64,000 bases of DNA from Oikopleura dioica (lineage: Eukaryota; Animalia; Chordata). Under the pieces are notes generated by a model, which worked only from the letters and a program-made list of their open reading frames with translations, made no database searches and was not told the DNA's origin. The stretch is taken from positions 7,936,001 to 8,000,000 of the forward strand of contig OU015569.1 of the NCBI GenBank assembly GCA_907165135.1, written 5' to 3'. Shown here one piece after another: positions 52,898 through 64,000 of this stretch (positions are counted from its first letter, which is position 1; each line of letters starts with the position of its first letter). Position numbers and translations under genes: made by a program.

Positions 52898-55800
52898 TCA
52901 TGACAAAAGCATCTTTTCCAAATTCATTAGCGGCGCTTCAACCACAACATGAAACAAAAAGCTCGCAAGGAAGGTCATCATAAAGAATCCAAGAAATAAA
53001 AGAGTGGACATGTAGTCGCCCATATGAGGTGGACTCACCAGCTGATTACCGTAAAATGACGTCTGTAATATAGGATGAAGAAGATACATAACATAGCTCA
53101 GTTTGGAGATGACAACAAATCCTCTCCATTCCAAAATCGATTTTATTGGACCGGCTGATTTCTAAAAGGAATTTTCGAAATAAAAAGTTAGAAAAAGTTT
53201 ACCATTTCGCAGGCAAAAAGAACAAAGTAAACAGCTGCTGCCCATATTATCCTGTCGAAAACTATATACATGACGTCTCTAGGTGAGTTCATGTATTTTT
53301 CTGGGTCTTTTTCCATTGGTATTTTCCCGTAAATTAAGCCTAAAGAGCATCCAGCAAAGAAAATCCAAAGCCCAAACATAAGCCATCTATTTACTTTTCT
53401 ACTTGTTTTGCGGTAATAAATCAAGAACCAACCGCCGATAACACCAACGGCGTATGGCCCTACTCGTGACCAAGGCGGCTAGGAACTTTTCTTCTATTAG
53501 AATGAACGAAAAACTTACGTTGTAGTATAAATTCCAGTAAGCCGTATAGACTGGTCCTGATAGAGCCACGTAGGAGCTTTGGATAGTCGTCACATCTTTT
53601 GCGACTGCAACCCAAATCTGTAAAGATGTGTAAATTAAAATTATCGCTCTAACTTACTAAATAGGAAATGTTCGTCAAAAGGATCCCTATCCAAACTCCG
53701 AGTCCAACACGCGGAAATTTCGACAGGATGTAAATCAGCGGCACCCCGAAAACAAAGAACTGCATGTCGTTTGACAAATACCAAGAATGACCCAAGCAAC
53801 TACTGACACGGCAATCACCTTTTTCGTCGCAATTTCGCTATTAATTTTAAGTTTTTGCAGTGGCAAATATTTGAAAACATACGATTAAGTTTGTAACATA
53901 AAGAATATTCCTCCACCACCAGTCCTCACATTGTTTAACGAGTTTGTCACTCCTCCAATGAACTCTCGCGCCGATGCCATATCTGCCGAGCAAGCCCATA
54001 TAGAGAAGGATGATAATAAGATAGACCAAAGTTATACGAAAGTATCGGTGGGCATAAAGCTGTACGAAGAACCCGCAGCTTGAATTCTTCTCAAATTTCT
54101 TGATTAGCAGATACGCGGTTAAAAAACCAGAGAGCATAAAGAAAGAATCCACCGCGAAAATTGCATTACTTATGTGCTGATAAAACGGGTCAACAAAAGC
54201 ACTCTCAAGAAAAAGCAAGTTGTCCCACTCTCCAGCGGCATAGTAAATCGAGTGGCCCCAAATGACCCAACTTAGGGAGAAGGCCCTTATTCCATCGATT
54301 GACTTGATGACTCTCGGTCCTCGATTTGTATCCAGCAGCTTGGCAGTATTTTTGAAAAAAGAGAAAAATCCTACGAAGTGACGATAAAAAGGTATCTTCG
54401 GTGCTTTTAGCGGTGGCGGTGGTGTCGCCTTCACCTCAGGTCTCTCGATGACAGAATGTTTGTCTTTTCTTCGTTGTCTCAGCCCCTCGCTTGAGAACGC
54501 AGGGTTCTCTTCTCCCTGCAAATGATCGTCAGGCCTTTTCGACGGGTTTCTGCTTATTTCGATTGGACTTGCAGTAAGTGGCATAAAGAAATCGAAAAAT
54601 AAGTCCACTAGAGTGCAGCTGATACACAGGATACTAAATATGCATACAATCGCTATCGCAAGAGACCAAAGAGGATCGTTTTTTGTCCTTTCCTTGCGAG
54701 TTGACCGCTCATGACACCGAAAATACTCTTTCATGATTTCATAATAAGGCGCTTATTTTAAATAGTACTTGATACGAAATCTTTCCTTTAGGTTCTGCAG
54801 GAACGGCGATTGTCCTGTTTATTTCAGCAAAAGGCGTGATAAGTTGGTCAATAGAGAAGAGAAGATCTTCTACAAATTCAAGCCCATTATGAATTATTTG
54901 ATTGAGGTCAACGTCGGAGCATGTATCTGGAACGCAGACTCCTAGCTCGATGGGCAACACAACGCCCATAAGTGCGACGGGAAATGTGCCCAAGCAGTAT
55001 TCGCCGTGTATGTTCTCAATTAACACCTCTAAGCATTCATCAGCACGTCCCCAAAGTTTCGTGTTGCCCTAAACTAAGTTCCTCCAAAAGCAAAATTCAT
55101 GTCTTACCTGCAACAAGCCGGAGGGTGGCTTTCCCCATGCATCAATAAGTTGAATAACGGGTAATCGTGAAGACGGGTTTATCAAAAATACCAAAGCATT
55201 TTTGAATCATCTATACACTCTTGAGTTACATTTTTAGTTAATTCCTGCGTCAAGTTCTGAAAAAGCATTGCGAGATCAGGAGCTTTGAAGGTAAGTTGAT
55301 GATCTGGATTGCAATTGCCGGTCATGCTGCACAGGACATCATTCACGTTTCGGGTAATAAAAATTAATTCAACGTCAAAGAACTCGGATAAATCTTCAAA
55401 TAAGGTGTCCAAGAAAAAAGCATCGTTTGAAAGCTTTTTAGAGGTTTTGTTTTGAGTTTTTGATAAGTCATCTCAGAGTTCGAAATCCCGCGTTTGCCCG
55501 GGGAAGATACGGGCACGGGCAAGAAAGTGAAGATTCCCGAGGGCAAAAGCGGTCACGGGCAAAAACGAATTTTCCCGCGGGCCAAGCGGGCACGGGCACA
55601 ATAAAAATATTCCCGCGGGCAAATTCGGGCACGGGCAAGATTCCCGCGAGCTTAAACGGGCACGGGCAGATTCAATGCACCTTATGAAAAAGTGTTTAAA
55701 CTATTTAAATAGCGTGGAAATAGACACCAAATACTTGAGGGAGTATATTGAAAACTAATCTGCATACAGAACTGTTATGACGTGCTTTTTTAAGGTTAAC

Positions 55801-58800
55801 GAAGTTTTCCAGCCCATTTCCGCCTTATAGACCCCCGAACATTATACCTTTACAAATCAGCAGAAAATTTTAAGAACTTTAACGGTTCAAAATTCTAGAA
55901 AACTCCACTTCCGGTCGGTTCTAGAGCCGGAAGTTGACGTAATTTAGGTGTTATGGTGAAGGGTTAGCCTAACCCTATCAAATTGATGCTCAGACGATTT
56001 CCTATCATTTTAGACCAAGAATCAAGACCAACCGCGGTAAAATAAACCGGAAAAAGTGAAAAAATTCATCACTTTATGCCTTTTTTACATAATTTTAACG
56101 GTCGGTTTGACCAGGTTCGGGACTGTTTCTTCTGAAATATTGATTTTAGGATGACTCGAAATCTTCTGAGCATCAATTTGATAGGTCACACTCTACCATT
56201 TTATCTAAATTTCGTCAACTTCCGGCTCTAGAATCGACCGGAAGTGGAGTTCTCTAGAATTTTAAACCGTCAAAAATTTTGAAATTTTCTGCTGATTCTA
56301 AAAAAGTATGGTGTTCGGGGGTCTATAAGGCGGAAGTGGGTTGGAAAACTTCGTCAACCTTAAAAAGCACGTCTATATGCAAAAATAAACTCATAGACGA
56401 TGTACAATGCACATTGTGCATGCAGAATAGTTCTGCAAAATGCGGAATTGTTTCGATCAGAAATCGGAGTGGTCTCCGTTTGCCCAAGTCGCCGTTTGCC
56501 CAACTTGGAGAAACGGAGATCTTGGGCAAACGGCGATCTGAAAAAGTTTATCTGAATTGATCATTAGACATTATTTGGCTTTTTAATGTCAATCATGGCT
56601 TCTTCAACGGCAATCCTGGCTTCACAAACATCAATCATGTTTTCTCCAATATCATCGACACTATATCAATTATGGCTTCTCCATCGCCAATTCTCGCTTC
56701 ACCGACTTCAAATATGGCTTCTCCAATGTCCATCCCGGGTTCTTCGACGTCAATCCCGATTTCTCAATCGTCGATCCCGACTTCTCCAACGTCGATCCCG
56801 GCTTCATCCATCTCCATCTCGGCTTTTTCAACGCCAATTTTATCTTGAAGAAGCCATGATCGACATTCGAGAAGCGATGATTGACAACTGAGAAGCCGGG
56901 AGTGACGTTTGAGAAGCTAGGATTGAAGTAAGTGACGCCCGGATCAGCATTGAAGAAGCCGGGATTGACGCTGGAGATGCCAGGATTCAAGTTTGAGCCA
57001 CCAAGATTGACGTCTGAAAAGCTAGGATCGAAGTTTTTGAAGCCGGGATTGAAATAAGTGAAGCCGGGATTGACTGTGAAGAAGACAATAAAAGTTATAT
57101 GATCAATCAATTAAATTAATTCACATCGCCGTTTGCCCAAGTCGCCGTTTCCCCAAGTTGGGCAAACGGAGATCTCGGGCATATATATAATTATATAATT
57201 ATATGATAATTTATATCAATTATGGTTTTTCCAACGTCAATTCTGGGTCTACATCGTCAATCCTAGCTTCACCGACTTCAATCATGGCTTCTCTAATGTC
57301 AGTCCCGAGTTCTTCGACGTCAATCACGACTTCTCCAACGCGAATCCCGTTGACGTTTGAGCCACCATCATTGATTTCTGAAAAGCTTGGATCGAAGTTG
57401 TTGAAGCCGGGACTGAAGTTGGTGAAGCCGGGATTGACTGTGGAGAAGCGAGTACAAAAAAGTTATATGATCAATCAATTTAATTAATTCACATCGCCGT
57501 TTGCCCAAGTCGCCGTTTGCCCAACTTGGGGAAACGGAGACCATTCGGTCGTAGTTTCTAACTAGCTCCTAAAACTTGCGATTTAAAAATCCGAATTGAT
57601 TCAGGGTCGTTTTTATTTTATTTTCTTATTTTGAAAAATAGGCTTGAGATTAAGCAGTAGAAAAAATGTTCCCCGGGCTGCCCTCGGGAATATTTCGTGC
57701 GGGAACGCGGGCAAACCGCCCGTGCCCGTTTATGCCCGCGGGAATCTTCTCATTCATGCCCGTGCCCGTATCTGCCCGCGGGAAAATTTGTTATAGTGCC
57801 CGTGCCCGCTTGGCTCGCGGGAAAATTCGTTTTTGTGCCCGTGACCGTTTTTGCCCCCGGGAATCTTAAATATTCTGCCCGTGCCCGCCCGCCCGCCGCC
57901 CCCTTGCCCGGGAGCCGCAAAAATTTCGAACTCTGAGTCATCTACAAAATAATAGTATAGTTGCCAAACATTAAAACGTATTTCCTTAACGTCGAGTTCC
58001 AAGTTTGAAGCTCCCATTGGTTTTGAAAGTCTTGGGAACAAATAAGCAGAGAAGTATTTTCGAATTGTGAAATAAATTTAGGTAAAACAACCGTGCACAA
58101 GACTTTTGGGAATTCAAGTGTCGCGTTTCCACTGATACTACTGATCTGAAGCTGGGCGAGTTCTTCTGATAACAATGAAGTAGGAGTAAAATAAAATTCC
58201 TGTATTCCAGCAGATATTTCAAAAACTAAAACAGTTAATACTATCCGATGAAAATAAGTTTTTTTTACCTGAAGCCATAGATGCGGAAGTTATGATGAGG
58301 TAATTATATTCTGGCAATAGTTTTAGAGAAACTTCAATCCATTCTATGAGTGAAGTTCTTTTCACTGCATTAGAAAAGTTCTCCCATAGTTGTGGAAAGT
58401 TTTCTTTGTTGGTAAGAAAGAGGAGGCTTCCGGTCAACAAGACGTCTTTTGGTAAAAAACTGAGGGCCTCGTTAATTGTGACATTTGGTGAGCTCAAAGA
58501 AAATAGAATCGCATTTGCGTAGCCTGTCAGAGTTTCTTGTGGCAAAGAAAGACCGACGGACTCCGTGATGCCGATGAGTCCACCAGTTACGATTTCAGCT
58601 GAGAAAGAGCTTCACAAAACAGTCTTTCAGAACAAATGAAACACCTCTCTTAGAAAAAAGGACAATGATTAATTCAGAACATTGAAATAATATTTGCAAA
58701 GCCTTCCTGCGTAGACCGCTATTGTGTTGGAATCGGAATCGTTGATGTCACTATTTATTGCGTCTCTAAGGGCGTTGAACTCTGCGAATTGGAAAGAATT

Positions 58801-59702
58801 TGTGTCGTTGAAGACTAACGAGATGAATGCTGCGGACAAAGGATTTCCCATGCAATATGACGAGATCGCTTCGGCGTAATCGACGTTGCCTAGTTGAGCT
58901 AGAATCTCGAATAGAGTGAATGATTGAATCTCATTCACTGCAGCAGTCACGGCGCCGATTTCTAAATATGCCACCAGTCTCTTGATGCGTCCGTAAAAGC
59001 CTGATAAATTCCAAATCTTTCCAGCAGTACTTCTTCCAAGCCATGTCATCACTCCATTGATGTCAACAACGACTTCAGGAGTGAACAAAGACTCCCATGT
59101 TCCTAAAAAATTAGAGAATGATAACAAACATAAAGAATACCATTGAAATTAGAAAATTTGATTGTCTCTGTTGATAAGTATTCAACAAGATATTGGAGTT
59201 GTCCTAAATCTGAAAACGGCCAATTTTCTGAAGTCGGTGAATTGCCAGAGCCGGCACTGTTGACCTGATTCAGATTATAAATAGGATCTAAACTAGGAAC
59301 GAAATTTCGCTTTGCAAGATCTTTTTAGGGGTCTATGATAAATCACTTTATAAAACAACAGTTGTTAGTTGTCAGTTATACCCCCTGCCTTCGCCGTTTT
59401 GATTCTTGAATAAACAAGTATAAGTTTCAAAAAGATCACTTTTTCAAAGGTTTTCATCATATTATCAAGGTTCAGTTTTTCTTTTTCTCGAAAAAAATAA
59501 CACTTTTACTGTCATTAATAAAAAAACTCTTTCTTGGAGATATAACATTTCTGTCTTTTTGGAGGGCGTCAACAAGGCATCGAATATGTGATTGATCTTC
59601 CCAAAACTCAACGGTTCCAAGCTTTTCTAGGTCCAAAAAGACTCTTTCTGGATCGACGGCTTCGATGCGAAAAAAAGTGAAAAAGAACACAGGGACTCGC
59701 AT
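52898..59702 (-). CDS. NRF-6/OACYL-type membrane O-acyltransferase (NRF domain + Acyl_transf_3) with long luminal N-terminus
   Basis: NRF domain IDAWGKPPSGLLQGN...WGRADECL...LGVCVPDTCS. Acyltransferase core IDGIRAFSLSWVIWGH...AVDSFFMLSGFL...HRYFRIT...HSWYLSND...SKLSYVMYLLHP. Upstream exons at 57978-59702 join in frame across the TE-containing intron. Confidence 0.8.
55779..56373. mobile_element. long-TIR MITE nested in the hAT element
   Basis: About 220-bp imperfect inverted repeats beginning GACGTGCTTTTT...AAGGT, flanked by TAT on both sides (possible 3-bp TSD). Confidence 0.8.
56470..57543. repeat. foldback-like element: three palindromic ~55-bp cassettes separated by inverted arrays of degenerate 21-mers
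   Basis: Terminal inverted TGGTCTCCGTTT(G/C)CCCAAGT. The cassette GCCGTTTGCCCAAGT...TGGGCAAACGGAGA occurs at ~56470, ~57125 and ~57490. The 21-bp unit TCAATCCCGGCTTCTCCAACG flips orientation mid-array. No TSD found. Confidence 0.75.
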
Positions 59703-60029
59703 TAGCGAAAACTACGAGTTGAATGGATTCGATTCTAAATTCTTGATTTGAATTGTTGACGGATAGTCATTGTTTCCAAGCAGACCGGAATCGTATTGTA
59801 AGGCAAGGCAAATTTGAACGAAAGTTTTTTTGACTTGTTCACCTGAATGATTCGTCATTTTTACAGAGTTGATACTTCTTCAAGATATTTTTACTGTTTT
59901 TATATGGCTGCATTTTCATATCCTGCTCGTTCGAAAATAAGACATTATAATTTATAGAATGACTATGTTGATGTTTAAACCCGATATTTATTCATTTGAG
60001 TGTTGTGAATCAATGATGAAGTCAAGGTT

Positions 60030-60899
60030 TCAGGTGCCGATTCGCTGAACGACCCAGGTCTGCTGGCAAAGCGGGCACCGCGGAGTCGTAGCTACCCATC
60101 GCGACATGCAACAGTTGTGGTAGCTGTGATTGCACTCGCCCCAAACCACGGCGCATTCGTCGGCGCCCTTTCCGCTGCTTTGGCACTTAACAGTTTCAAC
60201 TTGAAACATTAGCTTCTTACTTATCACAAATTACCTTGAGGCAGGGTTCAGTTACAACAACTCTGCATATCGCACAAATATCACAATCGACGTCCCACTT
60301 CCACAGTGAGACATGATTCCAAGTCTTTAACTTGAAAATCTCCGCGCACTCCTCAAACTCAGCATCGTTTTCTTCGAGCGAGAGTTTTTCAAGTTCCGCC
60401 AGCGAAATATATAGTTCTTTCTTTTTCTTTTCAGGGTCTTTCTTCAATTCCATCGCATTTTGAGGCAACACTTCCAGTAGCTCTGGTTCTGATGCGTTGG
60501 TACTTCCGCGCAGGAACTCAAAATGTTCACAGTCTTCAGGAATATCAAGATAAGCTGTTTCCAACGCTAAATTTCCCCATCAAATGAGTATGTTCTAAGT
60601 TTTCATACCTGAAGTAGCTGATGCAGAATTGTAATTGCTTGTAGAACTGGTCAGGATATCTTCTCCGAAGCACTCGTTTATGTCATCAGATTTTCGCTGT
60701 TTCATTATGCTTTTATTTGGATTATACAAATGATAATTGGATTGTGTTACCTGAAGAACTCGATTTCATTTCTCTCGTCAAATGTGTCAAAGACATCGTC
60801 AGACCCATTACTCTCGTCTGAAGAAGAACTAACATATTCAGGTATCAAGTCTTCAGCGATCAAGTTCGGCAATGAAATAGCCTGACGCTCATAACTCAT
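60030..60899 (-). CDS. RNF7: RING-box protein 2 (SAG/RBX2) with long acidic N-terminal extension
   Basis: FKLKTWNHVSLWKWDVDCDICAICRV...CLK|CQSS...VVWGECNHSYHNCCMSRWV...RCPLCQQTWVVQRIG. The CNHSxHNCCMS and QRIG signature fits RNF7. Upstream exons join in frame by GT-AG introns. Confidence 0.85.
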
Positions 60900-61454
60900 T
60901 TTCAAAAAATAACGTGTATTGTCGATATACGCGCAATGACAACTGCAAAATAAAAATTCCCCGCGCCGTATTTACGGTTAGATGGCACAGATTTTCATCT
61001 TCGAACCGCTGTCGTTTGCTTTTTGAAAACAAGTTTTGAGCAGCTGATAGATTTTTTGGAAATAATAGAAAGAGTCAAGCTAAAATTTTGATTATTTTCG
61101 TACAGCTACACATAAAGGAATTAATCCCTGTACTCAAGATCATACCCTAACCTCACATATAAATTGCATTGGGGGACTAATAAAACTAATTTGGATAAAG
61201 TATTCACTATTGAAGCTTATCTTTGTCTATTCAGGCAGAAAGTTTGGCGTCTGTCGTGATCATCAGGCGAGATCTGAACAGGTGCACCTGAAAGTATTTC
61301 CGGCGCAAGCATCAAAGGCATCTAACGCGGTAGCGCTATTTTCGCTGAGCGCCTCTGCCGCTCTTTTCGCGGTGCTGCCCTAGTGTCTCCTTCCTCAGAT
61401 GCAAAACTACTAAAATTTTTGAGAGAATAACTTATTTAAACGAAATTAATAAAG

Positions 61455-62594
61455 ATGCTCTTAGCAGCGTTACTTGTGCTCGCACAGTCAGAGATAATTC
61501 GATACCTGCCCAGGTATACGGTCAAGCTCAAAGGAGGAGAACAAGAGGCACGCGAGCTGGCTAAGGCAAGGTTCCTTTATGTTCCCCTCGCATATTCTGC
61601 AGGCGGAAACATAAAGAACCTTACAAGAACCTAAACTTAGAACTGGAAGAAACTGAATTTGAAAACATATACATATTTTATAAAAACACAACGAATTCAA
61701 GATTGTCAAGAAGAACAACAAATTCAAGGTAAAGATGCTTTTCTTTATTTTGTGCAAAAGTTGATAAGACGGGCCAGCATTGGAACTGTGACAAGAATAT
61801 CTTCATTCTCTTCGGTGGTCGATCGAGTAGAACAGCAGATCGTTCGGTCGCGATCTAAAAGAGACATGGTCACCCCGCGAACAACGGGCTATAGGTCAGG
61901 AGTCCGCTATGGGACGAATAGCCACAACGAAGAAAAGGAAGCAAGAAGGCAACACAGGCTCGCATCTTCCATAAATCGCCAAACGAGCTATAAACCTTCT
62001 TTCAACGACCCTGAGTGGAAGAACCAGTGGTATCTTAATGGCGAAATCTGGAAAAATCAGGCAGGGACTCTTCATCCAAATTTCTGATCTTTATTTGAAA
62101 TCAATGAAGACTCCTTTCAGCGCCTTTCAATGCGCGTCTTGGACGCATGGGCAGCAGGATATACTGGCAAAAACGTGACTGTTTCGATTCTTGATGATGG
62201 CGTGGAGTATACTCATCCTGATCTGAGGAAAGAGATCTCAACTACAAAACAAGAAATTATGATAATTATTTCGTTAATAACAAAGAAAACTCAATCAAAG
62301 AGATAATTACAATGCCCAAGCGTCCACGGATATCAATGATAATGACAATGACCCAGTACCACGATACGATGCCAACCACGAAAATAAGCATGGAACTCGC
62401 TGCGCGGGAGTTATTTCGGCCGTTGCCAACAACAAGAACTGTGTGGTGGGAGCTGCGTTCGACGCAAAAGGAAATGTTCTCGAATCAAAGAGTCTAATTA
62501 ATTGGCCTCGGAGATTTTATAACAATTTGAAAGTGGCAGGAGTACGCATGCTTGATGGCGATGTGACGGACGAAGTGGAAGCTAACTCTCTCAA
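61455..62594 (+). CDS. proprotein convertase (furin/PC5-like subtilase), 5' part only
   Basis: Signal [12 protein letters not shown], prodomain end [23 protein letters not shown], catalytic Asp (ILDDG) and His (HGTRCAG), and [14 protein letters not shown]. It ends at a GT donor (62595). Confidence 0.9.
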
Positions 62595-64000
62595 GTAAGA
62601 ACAGTTATTTATAGCTATGACGTAAGAAACGACACGTAACCTTTCATTCTGGAGCTAAATGCCATGTTATCTCCAAAATGCGAGAATATAAACAATTCAC
62701 AAGTTTGACGTACTTCAAGCGTAATATTTATTGCCGCTCTGCCAGATTATTAATACGCGTTAAAATCGCACATTTTTTACGTTTTGCAATAAACGTAATT
62801 AGCGACAGATGGAAAATTAGGGTGCATTATTACGTTACTTTTGACGGCCGGCTGTCTGTGAGCGCACTCCACAGACCTTGCGACGCCCGGTTATTATCTT
62901 CTGGTGTTGAAATTATTTTCTGGGCTAATTGATCGACAAAACCGACCCAGAGAAGATACTCAAGCATTGCCAATGCTGCATTGGCGATTCTTAACTAGAG
63001 TTTTTATTAAACCAAAATGAAGATTTTTTTCACACCCTTGATATGACAACATTTTCTCAAAATATTATTTGTTTTGATGGTTGCAAAACTAAATACTTTC
63101 GCGAAGAATATTGATTATCCAAATACAAATTTCTTGCTAATGAGCTGTCGAAGAGTGTGGGAAAGATTAGTGCGAAGAGTTGCACGCATAATTGTTTCGG
63201 ATGGATTCATCTTCGGCTTCCTTTTTCGGAATTCTATATTACACAAGTTTTCGTCATGCCCTTTGACTTTAGCCTGTCCGTTCTTCCCTTTCTCATGCAG
63301 CTCAAAGATTTAAAGACTCCCATTTTGTTTAAAACTTATCCCCACTAAGAGTAGCTGTCTATCATGAAACGTATCTGAATGTTTGGAAAGAGTCTGTCCT
63401 TAAATGACGCATGAAATAATATCGAACACCTGGCAAGCACTTGAAAGAACAAGAATTCTTTCAGATTAAGGAATTTTCACGGAATTGTTAGCCACTTAAT
63501 TCGCGTTGTGAAGCATTTAGCGAATACACCTGGGCTGCAAGCCGGTCGATTTGATCACAAGATTTAACCAGATCAACTCAAGTGTCGGGAATAAACACTA
63601 TCATACTGAAGGATTCGTCTCAATATCACTGAAGCGAAATTTGATAGCTGATTCTTGAGCACTATCAGTTCCCGAACACAGTAAACCAGAATATAATTGT
63701 TCCACTTCCGAGTAAAATAGCGTTCGGAAAACAAGATAGCATCATGCCGATGCAATCACCGTGTGTAGCCATCGATGAAGGAATGATTGAAATCTAGCTA
63801 GGGAAAGGATGCTTTCCGTTGTGGATTTTTACCATATCGCTTTCTCTGAGCTGTGGATAGGCGATGAAGATCTTGGCGCCCATCTTGGGCTAAGTCGGCG
63901 TTAATCCGGCTGACCGACCAGTTGTCGAATACACACAAACTAATTAGAAACGCCAAGTCGCCTCCTCAAGCCTCGATAGGTTAAACAGGCCTTATTTATT

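Larger units (their letters stand above)
55474..57935. mobile_element. non-autonomous hAT-type element with nested insertions (2462 bp)
   Basis: TIR CAGAGTTCGAAAT, exact 8-bp TSD AGTCATCT (55466-55473 and 57936-57943), and inverted subterminal arrays of CGGGCACGGGCA / TTCCCGCGG (~200-270 bp each side). Confidence 0.92.

Noticed and set aside
56586-57487. ORFs 56586-56891, 56670-57110 and 57203-57487 with heptad repeats
   Set aside because: They are a by-product of a 21-bp repeat present in both orientations inside a TE, with no independent coding evidence.
56470-57543. CRISPR-like appearance of three repeated palindromic cassettes
   Set aside because: The spacers are 300-600 bp internally repetitive arrays, the context is eukaryotic and there are no cas genes.
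55364-58041. ORFs overlapping the CGGGCACGGGCA arrays (e.g. 55460-55687, 57666-57941)
   Set aside because: They arise from GC-rich stop-poor subterminal repeats.
63570-63900. Minus-strand HSFIDGYTR resembling an integrase-core motif
   Set aside because: Only one short motif flanked by stops, which is insufficient for a transposase call.

Overview
This is eukaryotic genomic DNA from a very compact genome, most consistent with the larvacean tunicate Oikopleura (inference). The basis is mostly 35-100 bp introns, many GA-AG and GG-AG splice sites, operon-like gene packing and AG acceptors next to start codons. Most supplied ORFs are exon fragments, so I rebuilt gene models by eye and exon boundaries are provisional. 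Recognisable genes: a catalytically dead sPLA2-like protein, two Ly6/uPAR(LU)-type secreted proteins (one LU-mucin-TSP1-VWA-EGF), a C-type lectin membrane protein, a RING-finger protein, a DEG/ENaC channel, a receptor guanylyl cyclase, a minus-strand operon-like cluster (COX18/OXA1-like, PAAF1, GCSH, rabenosyn-5), GINS2/PSF2, an AT-hook protein with four chromodomains, two tandem orphan paralogues, an NRF-6/OACYL acyltransferase, RNF7/RBX2 with a long N-terminal extension, and the 5' part of a furin/PC5-type convertase. Three hAT-type insertions have TIRs and 8-bp TSDs: 8644-10114 (decayed, intron-containing transposase), 14420-15023 (inside the RING coding exon, possibly spliced out via its terminal CAG) and 55474-57935 (inside an OACYL intron, carrying two nested inverted-repeat elements). 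I recognised no rRNA, tRNA or CRISPR array.
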